NCBI GenBank assembly: GCA_963828255.1
Contig: CAWHDZ010000027.1
Location: 166,526 to 230,525 of the forward strand
Source: an uncultured delta proteobacterium
GTDB lineage: Bacteria > Myxococcota > Myxococcia > Myxococcales > Anaeromyxobacteraceae
Direction: 5' to 3'
Length of the DNA: 64,000 nt
Part shown: positions 43,977 through 58,244 of the stretch, in pieces
Layout of the letters: every line of letters starts with the position of its first letter
How positions within the stretch are numbered: the stretch's first letter is position 1
The notes under the pieces: model-generated
Told to the model about the DNA's origin: nothing
Database searches by the model: none
The model's input: only the letters and a program-made list of their open reading frames with translations
Program-made: the position numbers and the translations under genes

Positions 43977-45932
43977 GTGAAGCGGGTCGTCGTCGGCACC
44001 GCGGGGCACATCGACCACGGCAAGACCGCGCTGGTCCAGGCCCTCACCGGCGTCGACACCGACCGGCTCGCCGAGGAGAAGCGGCGCGGCATCACCATCG
44101 AGCTGGGCTTCGCGCACCTGACCCTGCCCGGCGGGACCGTGGCGGGGGTGGTGGACGTGCCGGGCCACGAGCGCTTCGTGCGCGCCATGGCCGCGGGCGC
44201 AAGTGGCGTCGACATCGTGATGCTCGTGGTGGCGGCCGACGAGGGCGTCATGCCCCAGACCCGGGAGCACCTCGACATCTGCCGGCTGCTCGGGGTCTCG
44301 CGCGGCGTCGTCGTGGTGACGAAGAGCGACCTGCTCCCCGGCCTGGGCTCCGACTGGCTTCCCCTCCTCGAGGAGGAGATCCGCGCCGCCTGCGCCGGCA
44401 CCTTCCTGGAGGCCGCCGCCATCGTCCCGGTCTCGGCCCGGACCGGCGAGGGGCTCCCCCTCCTCCTGGAGTCGCTCTCCGCGCTGGCCGCCGAGGTCCC
44501 GGAGCGCCCCGCCGACGGACCGCTCCTCCTGCCGGTGGACCGGGCCTTCACGCTGAAGGGCTTCGGCACGGTGGTCACCGGGACCATCCTCTCCGGGACG
44601 GTGTCGGAGGGGGATGCGCTCGCGCTGGTGCCGCCGTCGCCCGCGGTGGGCGAGCTGCGTGCACGCACCGTGCAGGTCCACGGCAAGGCGGCGCCTCGCG
44701 CCTCGGCCGGGCAGCGCACCGCGGTGAACCTCCCCGGCGTGGAGGCCACCGCCATCTCCCGCGGCCAGTCGCTGGCCCACCCGGGCGTGGTGCCGGCCAC
44801 CTCGATCCTCGACGTGGAGGTCCTGCTCCTCGCCGGCGCTCCTCGCCCCCTCCGTCACCGGTCCAGGCTGCTCCTGCACCTGGGGACGGCCCAGGTGCCC
44901 TGCGCGGTGGCCCTCGTGGACGGCACCGCCGAGCTCCCGCCCGGGAGGTCGGCCTTCGCCCAGCTCCGCCTCGCCGCGCCGGTGGCGGCCCTCCCCGGCC
45001 AGCGCTTCATCCTCCGCGGCTTCCGCACCATCGAGGGGCGCGGCAAGACGGTGGGCGGGGGGCGGGTCCTCGCCATCCTGCCGCGCAAGCGCCGGCGCGG
45101 CAGGCCGGAGAATGCGGCGCAACTCCGGATCCTCGCCGGGGAGGACGCCGATGCGCGGCTCGCCGTGGTGCTCGAGATGGCCGGACCGGCCGGGCTCGGC
45201 GCCGACGCGCTCATCGGGCGCACCGCCCTCTCCCCCCGCGCGCTCCAGTCGGCGCTGGACCGGCTGGGGGCACGCGGGCAGGCGCTGCTCTTCGACCGGG
45301 ACCGGCGCGGCTGGGTGTCCGGGCCGGTGGCCGCCGAGCTCCGGGAGCGCATCCTCGGAGCACTCCAGGCCTTCCACGCGGCCCACCCGCTGGCCGGCGG
45401 CGCCGGGCGCGAGGAGCTGCGCGGCCGCCTCCCACCGGTCACCGACCCGCGCCTCTTCCAGCGGCTGGTGGCCCAGCTGGCCGAGAAGGGGGAACTGGTC
45501 GTCCTCGGGGATCTGGTGCGGCTGCACGGCCACCTGGCCGCATCCGGCGGCCAGGGCGGGGCCCTCAAGGAGCGGATCGCCGCGGTCCTGCGGGAGGGAG
45601 CGCTCACCCCCCCGCGCGTGGCCGACCTCCCGGCGCTCGCCGACGCGTCCGCTACCGACGTGGCCGCGGTGCTGAAGCTGCTCGCCGCCGACGGGACCGC
45701 GGTGCGGGTCTCCCCGGAGATCTGGTTCGACGGCGGCGCGGTGGAGGGGCTCCGCGCCCGGCTGGTCGAACACCTGCGCGCCCACGGCGGGATCGACACG
45801 CCGACCTTCAAGGACCTGGTGGGCGCCACCCGCAAGCACGTCATCCCCCTCGCCGAGTACTTCGACCGGGAGAGGGTGACCTTGCGCGTGGGCGAGAAGC
45901 GGGTGCTGCGCGGCGACGGGAGGGGCGCGTGA
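43977..45932 (+). CDS. selB: Selenocysteine-specific elongation factor SelB
   Basis: [33 protein letters not shown]-terminal winged helix [13 protein letters not shown]. Confidence 0.96.
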   Translation: MKRVVVGTAGHIDHGKTALVQALTGVDTDRLAEEKRRGITIELGFAHLTLPGGTVAGVVDVPGHERFVRAMAAGASGVDIVMLVVAADEGVMPQTREHLDICRLLGVSRGVVVVTKSDLLPGLGSDWLPLLEEEIRAACAGTFLEAAAIVPVSARTGEGLPLLLESLSALAAEVPERPADGPLLLPVDRAFTLKGFGTVVTGTILSGTVSEGDALALVPPSPAVGELRARTVQVHGKAAPRASAGQRTAVNLPGVEATAISRGQSLAHPGVVPATSILDVEVLLLAGAPRPLRHRSRLLLHLGTAQVPCAVALVDGTAELPPGRSAFAQLRLAAPVAALPGQRFILRGFRTIEGRGKTVGGGRVLAILPRKRRRGRPENAAQLRILAGEDADARLAVVLEMAGPAGLGADALIGRTALSPRALQSALDRLGARGQALLFDRDRRGWVSGPVAAELRERILGALQAFHAAHPLAGGAGREELRGRLPPVTDPRLFQRLVAQLAEKGELVVLGDLVRLHGHLAASGGQGGALKERIAAVLREGALTPPRVADLPALADASATDVAAVLKLLAADGTAVRVSPEIWFDGGAVEGLRARLVEHLRAHGGIDTPTFKDLVGATRKHVIPLAEYFDRERVTLRVGEKRVLRGDGRGA

Positions 45933-48501
45933 ACCCGGCCGACCTGCTCGACTCGCTCCCGGTCCCGGCGATGGTCGTCCGGGACGAGCGGATCGTCTAC
46001 GTGAACCGGGCCGTCTGCGCGCTGGTGCGCCTCCCCGCCCAGGCCCTCCTCGGGAAGCCGTACGAAGCGTTCCTTTCCCAGGGCGAGGGAAGCCGGCTGC
46101 GCGTCCGGCGCGCCCAGCGGCTGCTGGGAAAGGACGAGCCCACCCTGTACGAGGTCTCGGTGACGGCGCCCAGCGGGCGCACCATCCCGTTCGAGCTGCA
46201 CGTCGCCCCGCTCGGCCCCGACGAGCTGCTGCTCCAGTTCGTGGACATGTCGGCGCGCACCGGCCACCTGGAGCGGCTGGAGGGGCTGGCCCGGCTGGGC
46301 GCCCAGGTCCAGCGGCAGACCACCCGGCGCGGCCTCCTCGATGCCGTGTCGCGCGGCCTCGCCGAGCTGGGACTCGCCTCGGTGCTGCTCCGGCTGGATG
46401 GCGACCACATGAAGGTCGAGCGCTTCCACGGGCCCGAGGGCGCCATGGCCTCCCTTCGGGCGGCCGGCTACGACGGCGAGCCGGCAGGCAGGCACTTCCG
46501 CGACGTCCCGTGGACCTGGCGGGAGGGGGCGATGTTCATCGACGACGCCCCCGCCGCGGCCGCGCACATCGTCGGGCTCCCCGGAACGTTCGCCGAGGCG
46601 GTCCGGGAGGCCGGGCTCGTGCGCGCCATCGTCCTTCGGGTGGGCGATCCCCCGGACGAGGCCATCGGCGTGGCCGGCTCCTGGTTCACGCCGGCCGACG
46701 TCCCCGCCTTCCGGCTCTTCGGCGCCCAGGTGACGGCGGCGCTCTCCTCTGCCGAGGCGATCGCGGCGGTGTGGGCCCGCAACCAGCTCGTGGAGGTCTC
46801 CGCCTCGGCCCCGGGGCTCGCCGAGTTCTTCGCGGCCGGCAGCGCGGTGGTCCAGGAGGCCCTCTCCTGCGACGGCGTCGCCATCTGGCTGCACGACGCC
46901 GAGCGCGACGAGCTCCTCCTCGGCCACTTCCTCGGCGACTCCCCCGATCTCCTGGCCCCGTTCGCGCGCATCCCCATCGCCTCCTCCCGCTACTTCGGTG
47001 GCCTCCTGCGCGGCGCACGCACGGAGATCCTGCAGATCGAGGAGCTCGAGGAGCCGGAGCGAAGCGGCTTCGCACGGGCCGGCTTCCAGAGCTTCGCCAC
47101 GCTGCCGCTGCGCATCCGCTCCCGCGTGGTGGGGGTGATGACGGTGGGATTCCGGCGGCGCAGGACCCGCGACGAGCCGGTCGTCTCGACGATGCGCGGC
47201 CTGGCCGGTCCGTTCGCCGCCGCGGTGGAGACCCAGCGGCTCGTGGACGACCTGCGTCGCCGCGTCTCCGAGCTCGAGCTCATGAACGTCACCGCGGTCG
47301 CGTCGGCGACCATGAACGTCCGGGCGCTGCTGGGCGACGCGCTCGAGCGCATGCTCCGGACCTTCGACGCCGACCTGGGCGCCGCCTACACGCTGGAGGG
47401 GAACGCCCTGGTGAGCCGCGCCATGGCGGGGGTGGCCGGCAGCGCGGCCCGCGAGATGATGTCCCGCCTGCCCGCCGACCGGGGGGCGACCGGTGAGGCC
47501 ATGCGCTCCCAGCGGCCGGTCAGCCTCTCCGACGTCGGCGAGACCTCCGAGCTGGGACGGGCCTTCCGGGAGCAGGAGGGGGTCGAGGCCGTCGCCATCG
47601 TCCCGCTGGTGGTGAAGCAGCGGGCCCTCGGTCTCTTCGCGCTGGGGCGGAGGCGGCCGCTCCCCTTCCGCGCCGTGGAGCTGCAGCTGCTCTCGGCGGT
47701 GGCCTCCCAGCTCGGCGTGGCCGTGGAGAACTCGCGCCTCTTCGAGGACCTGACGCGCAGCTATGCCGACCTGGGGCGGGCCCAGAAGCAGCTCGTGCAC
47801 CGGGAGCGCCTGGCCGCGCTGGGCGAGCTCTCGGCGGTGGTGGCCCACGAGGTGCGCAATCCACTGGGCGTGATCTTCAACTCGCTGGGCTCCCTCCACC
47901 ACCTGCTGCGCCCGGAGGGGGACGCCCGGCTGCTCCTGGAGGTGATCCAGGAGGAGGCCGACCGGCTCAACCGGATCGTCGGCGACCTGCTCGACTTCGC
48001 CCGCCCCGCCGAGCCCGCCATCCGGGCCGAGCCGCTCGACCGGATCCTGGAGGACGCCCTGGTGGCGGCGCTGGCCCAGGTCGAGGGGCCCGTCGAGGTT
48101 CACCGTGAGTACGATCCCGGGCTCCCGCCCGTCCCGGTGGACGCGCACCAGATCCGGCAGGCCGTGCTCAACCTGGCGGTGAACGCCCTGCAGTCCATGC
48201 CGCGCGGCGGCGTCCTCACCGTCCGGACCCTGCGCGAGGGGGGCACGGCGGTCGTCGAGGTGCGCGACTCCGGGCCGGGCATCCCCGCCGAGCTGCGCCC
48301 GCGGATCTTCGAGCCCTTCTTCACCACCAAGGCCACCGGCACCGGCCTGGGGCTGGCCGTGGTCCGCCGCATCGCCGAGGGGCACGGCGGCTCGGTGGAC
48401 CTGGCGCCGCCCGGCGCCGGGGGGACCTCGTTCCTGCTCAGGCTCCCGCTCGTCGTCGGGGGGCGGGATAGGATGGACGGGGCTTCCGAGGCCTCCGACC
48501 C

Positions 48502-48505
<4 letters not shown>
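45929..48505 (+). CDS. Cytoplasmic PAS/GAF sensor histidine kinase
   Basis: PAS-like N-terminus; GAF repeats; VAHEVRNPL, NLAVNA, DSGPG, PFFTTK, GTGLGL. Confidence 0.92.
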
Positions 48506-49899
<1,394 letters not shown>

Positions 49900-49901
49900 C
49901 C

Positions 49902-51362
49902 CTACATTCCGAGAACCGCGGCGCGTGCCCACGCCGCCAGCGGCTCGGGCGAGAAGCCCGCCACCACCACCACCAGCGCCGTGACCGCGATGGCGACCAC
50001 CACCGTTGCATGGGCCGCCTGCGGCTCCTCGACCTCGGCCGGGCGCATGTACATCGCCACCACCACACGCAGGTAGTAGTAGACGCCCAGGATGCTGGTG
50101 AGCACGCCGACCACGGCGAGCCCCCAGGCGTTGGCCGCGGCGGCCGACTGGAAGATGGAGAGCTTGGCCACGAACCCGGCCGTGGGAGGCACCCCGGCGA
50201 GCGAGAGCATGAAGATGGCCATGGCGAAGGCGAGCCAGGGACGCCGGCTGGCCAGCCCCGCGAAGCGGGAGATGTCCCAGGCGCCGCCCGCCGAGGCGTC
50301 GGGGTTCGGATCACGCCGCTCCAGCACCGCCAGCACCGAGAAGGCGCCGATGACGGTGAAGGCGTAGGCGGCCAGGTAGACCAGCACCGCCGAGAGCCCC
50401 TGGGAGCGCGCCGCCGGGCTCGTGGTGGCGACGACGCCGACGAGCAGGTACCCGGCATGGGCGATGGACGAGTAGGCCAGCATCCGCTTCACGTTCCGCT
50501 GCGGGAGCGCGAAGAGGTTGCCCACCACCATGGTGAGGACGGCGAGGAAGCCGAGGACCCCGCCCAGCTCGCTCCCCACCGCGTACGGGGTTCCGGCCAC
50601 CATGGCGAGCACGCCGCGGGTGAGGAAGGCGAAGGCCGCCGCCTTGACGCCCGCCGCCATGAAGGCCGTGGCCGGCGTGGGGGCGCCCTCGTAGACGTCG
50701 GGCGTCCAGGCGTGGAACGGGACCGCCGCCACCTTGAAGGCGAGCCCGACCAGCACGAGGGAGAGCCCGGCCGCGAGCAGCGCTCCGCCCTCGCCGCGCA
50801 TCGACGAGAGCAGGGTCGAGCCGGTGGCGCCGTAGAAGAGCGCCGACCCGTAGAGGAGGATGGCCGAGGCGAAGGAACCCAGGATGAAGTACTTGAAGGC
50901 CGCCTCGGGCGCCCGCTGCCCGCGCCGGGGGTAGGCGGCCATCGCGTACACGGCGAGGCTCATCACCTCGATGGCGATGAAGGCCAGCAGGAGATCCGTG
51001 GCCATGCCCAGGAGGACCATCCCCGAGGCGCCGAAGAGCGCGAGCGCGTAGTACTCGCCCCGCTCCATGTTGCGGACCGTGAGCCAGCCGCGGCCGAGGA
51101 GCGCCGAGAGCACCAGCCCGGCGCAGACCACCACGGCGACGAAGCCGGAGAAGCCGTCGCTCACCGCCTGCCCGCCGAAGAGGACGCGCTGCGGAATGAA
51201 CGGGACGGCCGCCGCTGCCGCCACCCCGAAGGCGATGGTCAGGCCGGATTGGTAGCCGCGCCCGCCCGAGGTGAGGAAGACCTCGGACATCAAGAGGACG
51301 AGCGCCCCGAGGACCAGGAGCAGGAAGGGAAGGAGGGCCGCGATGTCGAGGCTCGACGGCAT
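49902..51362 (-). CDS. nuoN: NADH-quinone oxidoreductase subunit N
   Basis: [41 protein letters not shown]. Confidence 0.95.
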   Translation of the reverse strand: MPSSLDIAALLPFLLLVLGALVLLMSEVFLTSGGRGYQSGLTIAFGVAAAAAVPFIPQRVLFGGQAVSDGFSGFVAVVVCAGLVLSALLGRGWLTVRNMERGEYYALALFGASGMVLLGMATDLLLAFIAIEVMSLAVYAMAAYPRRGQRAPEAAFKYFILGSFASAILLYGSALFYGATGSTLLSSMRGEGGALLAAGLSLVLVGLAFKVAAVPFHAWTPDVYEGAPTPATAFMAAGVKAAAFAFLTRGVLAMVAGTPYAVGSELGGVLGFLAVLTMVVGNLFALPQRNVKRMLAYSSIAHAGYLLVGVVATTSPAARSQGLSAVLVYLAAYAFTVIGAFSVLAVLERRDPNPDASAGGAWDISRFAGLASRRPWLAFAMAIFMLSLAGVPPTAGFVAKLSIFQSAAAANAWGLAVVGVLTSILGVYYYLRVVVAMYMRPAEVEEPQAAHATVVVAIAVTALVVVVAGFSPEPLAAWARAAVLGM

Positions 51363-51363
51363 G

Positions 51364-53007
51364 TCAGTGGCTCCCGTGGGCGGGGGCGGCGGCGCCGGGC
51401 GGGGGCGGCTCGGGCGCGGCGGCAGGGACCGCCGGCGGGCGCGCGAAGGCGAGGGCGGCCGGCTCGGTGCCGGTGAGGGGGCGCAGGCCGGGGTCGGCCT
51501 TCCGCAGCTTCTGCTCGGCGGCCTGCATGCGCGCCAGGAGCCGGTCCACGGAGGGCTTGGCCGGAGCCAGGAAGGGCTGCGGCGCCAGCCCCATGACCAG
51601 GATGAGGACGATCACCGGGGTGATGACGAAGGCCTCGCGCACCGAGAAGTCGGGGAGGTGCCGGTTCTCGGGGTTGGTGATCTTCCCGAAGAAGACCTTC
51701 TGCACGAGCACCAGCATGTAGACCGCGCCCAGGACCACACCGGTGGCGCCGAAGGCGGCGTACCAGCCCGGCGACCGGAGCCGGCTGAGCCAGGTCCCCG
51801 AGAGGATGAGGAACTCGCCGACGAAGCCGTTCGTTCCGGGGAGGCCGATGGAGGAGAAGGTGACCACCAGGAAGGCGGTGGCGATCCAGGGCACCTGCTT
51901 GGCCAGCCCGCCGTACTCGGAGATGAGCCGGGTGTGGCGCCGCTCGTAGAGCATGCCCACGAGGAGGAAGAGCCCGCCGGTGGACACGCCGTGGTTCAGC
52001 ATCTGGTAGACCGAGCCGGTGAGCCCCTCGGCGGTGATGGCCATCATCCCCAGCATGACGAAGCCGAGGTGGGAGACCGACGAGTAGGCCACCAGCCGCT
52101 TCATGTCGGTCTGCACGAAGCACATGAGCGCGCCGTAGGCGATGCCGAAGGTGGCCACCGCGGCGATGGTCCCGCGGTACTGCAGCGCCGCCTCGGGGAA
52201 GAGGGGCATGGCGTAGCGGAAAAATCCGAAGGTTCCCATCTTGAGGAGCACGCCGGCCAGGATGACCGAGCCGGCCGTGGGGGCCTCGGTGTGGGCGTCG
52301 GGCAGCCAGGTGTGGAGCGGGAACATGGGGACCTTGACCGCGAAGGCCAGCGCGAAGGCGCCGAAGAGCAGCGCGCCCACCGCGGGGGTGACTTGCAGGG
52401 CGTTGCGGGCCACCAGGTAGTCGAAGGACTTCCCGTCGTTCATCCACACGTAGAGGATGGCGACCAGCATGAGCACGCTGGCGGCGAAGGTGTAGACGAA
52501 GAACTTCACCGTCGCGTAGACCCGGTTCGACGAGCCCCAGACGCCGATGAGCAGGTACATCGGGATGAGGATGGCCTCGTAGAAGACGTAGAAGAGGATC
52601 AGGTCGAGCGCGGCGAAGGTGCCGATCATCGCGGTCTCGAGGAAGAGCAGGGCGATGAAGAACTCCTTCACCCGCTCCTGCGCCGAGTTCCAGGCCGCCA
52701 GGATCACGATGGGCATGAGCGCCGTCGTCAGCATGACGAGGAGCAGCGCCACCCCGTCGAGCCCAACGTGGTAGCCGATGCCCAGCGCGGAGATCCAGGG
52801 AACGCTGGTCTCGAACTGGAACTCGGGTGCGCCCCGCGACAGGTCGAAGCCGAACCAGAGGCCGAGCGAGGCCAGGAAGACCACCAGGCTCACGAAGAGC
52901 GCCCAGGCCTTGTGCTGCGAACCCTCGCCCCGCGGCAGGATGGCGGCGACGAGCGCGCCCAGCAGGGGGAGGAAGAGGACGACGTTGAGCAGCGTGCCGC
53001 CGGCCAT
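51364..53007 (-). CDS. nuoM: NADH-quinone oxidoreductase subunit M
   Basis: [50 protein letters not shown]. Confidence 0.95.
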   Translation of the reverse strand: MAGGTLLNVVLFLPLLGALVAAILPRGEGSQHKAWALFVSLVVFLASLGLWFGFDLSRGAPEFQFETSVPWISALGIGYHVGLDGVALLLVMLTTALMPIVILAAWNSAQERVKEFFIALLFLETAMIGTFAALDLILFYVFYEAILIPMYLLIGVWGSSNRVYATVKFFVYTFAASVLMLVAILYVWMNDGKSFDYLVARNALQVTPAVGALLFGAFALAFAVKVPMFPLHTWLPDAHTEAPTAGSVILAGVLLKMGTFGFFRYAMPLFPEAALQYRGTIAAVATFGIAYGALMCFVQTDMKRLVAYSSVSHLGFVMLGMMAITAEGLTGSVYQMLNHGVSTGGLFLLVGMLYERRHTRLISEYGGLAKQVPWIATAFLVVTFSSIGLPGTNGFVGEFLILSGTWLSRLRSPGWYAAFGATGVVLGAVYMLVLVQKVFFGKITNPENRHLPDFSVREAFVITPVIVLILVMGLAPQPFLAPAKPSVDRLLARMQAAEQKLRKADPGLRPLTGTEPAALAFARPPAVPAAAPEPPPPGAAAPAHGSH

Positions 53008-53009
53008 GG

Positions 53010-55034
<2,025 letters not shown>

Positions 55035-55103
55035 AGGGAGGCGAAAGGATTACCTTCTTCGAACAAGGGAGGCAATCACCTTGTGAATGGCTATCATCGC
55101 CGC

Positions 55104-56570
55104 GTGACCGCCCCCCAGGACGCCGCCGCGGAGGCCCGGAAGATTCCCCGTGCCGACCGGCTCCTCGCCGCCGCCGATCGCGCCGGCTGGACCGCCCGGC
55201 TCGGCCACGCCCCGATCATGGAGGCGGTCCGGGCCACCCTGGAGGATCTCCGGTCTGCGGTGCTGGCCGGCTCCCCCTGCCCGCCGGCCGAGGAGGTGGA
55301 GGCCCGGCTCCTCGGGAGGCTCGCCGCAGGGGCCAGGGGTACGCTCCGGCCGGTCGTGAACGCCACCGGGGTGGTCATCCACACCAACCTCGGCCGCGCC
55401 CCCCTCTCCCGGGGGACCGTCCTCGCCATGCAGGAGGCCTCGGGCTACCTCAACCTCGAGTTCGACCTGGCCTCCGGGGAGCGGAGCGACCGGTACGGCC
55501 ACGCCACGGCCGCCCTGTGCCGGCTGACCGGGGCGGAGGCGGCGGTGGTCGTGAACAACTGCGCCGCGGCGGTCTTGCTCGCGCTCTCCGCCCTGTCGGA
55601 GCGGTTGCCGGCCCGGCGGGCGGGGGCGCCCCTCCCGGTTGCCGCGGAGGGTGCCGCGGGTCGCCCGGAGGTCCTCGTCTCCCGGGGGCAGCTGGTCGAG
55701 ATCGGCGGGGGGTTCCGGGTCCCGGACGTGCTGCGCCGTTCCGGCGCCGACCTGGTCGAGGTGGGCACCACCAACCGGACCTACCTCGCCGACTTCGAGG
55801 GGGGGCTCTCCCCCCGGAGCCGGATCCTCCTGTCGGTCCACCGCTCCAACTTCCGGATCGAGGGGTTCGTCCACGACGCCACGCTCCCCGAGCTCGCCGA
55901 CCTGGGGCGGCGGGCCGGCGTCTGGGTGGTGGACGACCTCGGCTCCGGCGCCCTCTTCCCGACCGCCCCGTTCGGCCTGGGGGACGAGCCGACGGTCGGC
56001 GAGCGGGTCGCCGCCGGGCCGGACGTGGTCTGCTTCTCCGGCGACAAGCTGCTCGGCGGCCCGCAGTGCGGGGTTCTGGTCGGTCGGCGCGAGGCCGTCG
56101 AGACCTGCCGCCGTCACCCGCTGCTCCGGGCGCTCCGGGTGGACAAGGTGACCCTGGCCGGGCTCGCCGCCACCCTCTCCCATTTCGAGCGGGGGGAGGC
56201 GCTGCGCGAGATCCCGGTGTGGCGGGCCATCGCCTGGACCCAGGACGAGTTGCTGGCCCGGGCCTCGTCCTGGCGCGACGCGCTCGGCCTCCCGGGCGCC
56301 GAGGTGGTGGAGGCACGCTCCGCGGTGGGGGGAGGCACCCTCCCCGGCGTCACGCTGCCCACCTTCGCGCTGGCGCTGCCGCCCGGCGACCCGGACGGGA
56401 CGGCGGCGCGGCTCCGCGCCTGCGACCCCCCGGTGGTGGCGCGCATCGAGGGGGGGCGCGTGCTCCTCGACCCGCGCACCGTGCTCCCGGGCGAGGACGA
56501 CGCGGTCCTGGCGGCGATCCGGGCCGCGGTTCCGGGCGAGGCCCCGGCGCCTCAGCCGTTGAAGCGGTAG
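55104..56570 (+). CDS. selA: L-seryl-tRNA(Sec) selenium transferase
   Basis: VVNATGVVIHTNLGRA, VNNCAAA, SRGQLVEIGGGFR, EVGTTNRT, FSGDKLLGGPQ. Confidence 0.96.
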   Translation: MTAPQDAAAEARKIPRADRLLAAADRAGWTARLGHAPIMEAVRATLEDLRSAVLAGSPCPPAEEVEARLLGRLAAGARGTLRPVVNATGVVIHTNLGRAPLSRGTVLAMQEASGYLNLEFDLASGERSDRYGHATAALCRLTGAEAAVVVNNCAAAVLLALSALSERLPARRAGAPLPVAAEGAAGRPEVLVSRGQLVEIGGGFRVPDVLRRSGADLVEVGTTNRTYLADFEGGLSPRSRILLSVHRSNFRIEGFVHDATLPELADLGRRAGVWVVDDLGSGALFPTAPFGLGDEPTVGERVAAGPDVVCFSGDKLLGGPQCGVLVGRREAVETCRRHPLLRALRVDKVTLAGLAATLSHFERGEALREIPVWRAIAWTQDELLARASSWRDALGLPGAEVVEARSAVGGGTLPGVTLPTFALALPPGDPDGTAARLRACDPPVVARIEGGRVLLDPRTVLPGEDDAVLAAIRAAVPGEAPAPQPLKR

Positions 56571-57247
56571 CCCACGCCGCGCACGGTCTCGAGGAAGCGC
56601 GGCCGGTCGGCGTCGTCGTGGATGTGGGCGCGGAGCCGGGCCACGAAGTTGTCCACGGTGCGCTCGGTGCCGATGTAGAGCGATCCCCACACCGCCCGGG
56701 TGAGCTGCTCGCGGGAGTAGACGCGGCCCGGGTGGGCCACGAAGAAGGCCAGCAGGTCGAATTCACGGGCGGTGAGATTGGCGAACTCACCGCCCACGGT
56801 GACGCGCCGCTCGCCCAGGTCGATCTCCACCTGGCCGAAGCGCTTCAGCTGCCGCGCCGGCCCGGACTGGCCACTGGCCCGGGGGCGCCGAAGGGCCGCG
56901 CCGATGCGGGCCAGGAGCTCCTTCAGCCCGAAGGGCTTCACCACGTAGTCGTCGGCGCCCAGCGCCAGCCCCGCCACCTTGTCGGCCTCCTGCCCCTTGG
57001 CGGACAGGATCAAGATGGGCATCCCCGGGTCCTCCCTGCGCAGCTCCCGGATGAGCTCCAGCCCGCCCAGCTTGGGCAGCATGACGTCCACGATGAGCAG
57101 GTCGGGGCGCTCGGTGCGGGCGATGCGCAGCCCCTCCTCGCCGTCGGCGGCGGTGCGGACCTTGTACCCCTCCATGGCCAGGTTGAGGTCGAGTCCACGC
57201 AGGATGTTGGGGTCGTCCTCGACGACCAGGATCCGCTCGCCGCTCAT
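56552..57247 (-). CDS. OmpR/PhoB-family response regulator
   Basis: VEDD, DVMLP, GADDYVVKPF, LTAREF, ETVRGVGYRF. Confidence 0.95.
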   Translation of the reverse strand: MSGERILVVEDDPNILRGLDLNLAMEGYKVRTAADGEEGLRIARTERPDLLIVDVMLPKLGGLELIRELRREDPGMPILILSAKGQEADKVAGLALGADDYVVKPFGLKELLARIGAALRRPRASGQSGPARQLKRFGQVEIDLGERRVTVGGEFANLTAREFDLLAFFVAHPGRVYSREQLTRAVWGSLYIGTERTVDNFVARLRAHIHDDADRPRFLETVRGVGYRFNG

Positions 57248-58146
57248 GGCCTGCGCGCCTCCGAAACGGGGAGCAGCACCGTGAAGGCCGCCCCCTTGCC
57301 CAGATCGCTCTTCACGCCGACCTTTCCACCGTGGGCCTGCACCACGTGCTTCACCATCGAGAGTCCGAGGCCGCTCCCCTCGATGGTGCGCTCGAGCGGG
57401 TCCTTGCCCCGGTAGAACTTGTCGAAGATGCGCTTCTGGTCGGCGCCGGGGATGCCCGGTCCGTTGTCCGCCACCACGATCGCCACCGCGTTCCCCGAGG
57501 CCTCGGCCGAGATGGAGATGCGCTTGTCGTCGCCGGTGTACTTGAAGGCGTTCTGGAGCAGATCGACGAGGGAGTCGGCCAGCGCGTCGCGATCGGCATA
57601 GACCTGGGGCAGCCCCTCGGGGATGTCGCGCCGCACCACGGCCCCGGTCTGGATGCGCTGCGGCTCCACGGCGCGGAGCGCGTCGTCCACGATGGGGCCG
57701 AGCGGCTGGCGGCGGAAGTCGTAGCTGCGCTTGCCCGACTCCATGCGCGCCCAGTCGAGGAGCCGGGCGATGAGCACCGAGAGGCGCTGGGTCTCGGCCG
57801 AGATGATCTCGAGCGCCTCCTTCTCCTGGGCCGGGTCGGCGATGCGGCCGAGCTGCAGGGTCTCGACGAACATGCGGATGCTGGTCAGCGGCGTGCGCAG
57901 GTCGTGGGAGACCTTGTTCACGAAGTCGGTCTGCAGCCGCGAGACGTAGGCCTCCCGGTAGAGGACGACCAGCGTCCCGATGGTGCCGATGATGGTGGTG
58001 GCGACCAGCGCCAGGATGAGGGTGCCGAAGACGTAGTCCTGCTTCTGGCGCCCGAAGACCAGCATGAGGATGCCCACCGTGAGCATCATGGCCGCGGGAA
58101 CGACCACGAGGCCGATGATGAGCGGGTAGACGCGCCGGAGCTTCAC
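57244..58146 (-). CDS. Membrane sensor histidine kinase with very short extracytoplasmic loop
   Basis: Two TM helices; VSHDLRTPLT, NAFKYT, DNGPGI, GSGLGL. Confidence 0.92.
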   Translation of the reverse strand: MKLRRVYPLIIGLVVVPAAMMLTVGILMLVFGRQKQDYVFGTLILALVATTIIGTIGTLVVLYREAYVSRLQTDFVNKVSHDLRTPLTSIRMFVETLQLGRIADPAQEKEALEIISAETQRLSVLIARLLDWARMESGKRSYDFRRQPLGPIVDDALRAVEPQRIQTGAVVRRDIPEGLPQVYADRDALADSLVDLLQNAFKYTGDDKRISISAEASGNAVAIVVADNGPGIPGADQKRIFDKFYRGKDPLERTIEGSGLGLSMVKHVVQAHGGKVGVKSDLGKGAAFTVLLPVSEARRP

Positions 58147-58162
58147 GGGGTGATTGTAGACG

Positions 58163-58232
58163 AAGAGCCCGCCGCCTTCCGGCGACGGGCCCCTTTTGCT
58201 TCCGGTGGTCCCCCGGACGGATCCGGGGGCCC
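58163..58232 (-). terminator. Tandem hairpins (TCCG loop, then GGAA loop) downstream of MtrC-like copy 1
   Basis: GGGCCCCCGGA-TCCG-TCCGGGGGACC and GGCCCGTCGCC-GGAA-GGCGGCGGGCT followed by CTTC. Confidence 0.6.
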
Positions 58233-58244
58233 GCTGGTGTCAGG

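Noticed and set aside
55081..55098. Rex-like operator TTGTGAA between nuoL and selA
   Set aside because: Only one half-site matches; the other half is better explained as the selA -10 element
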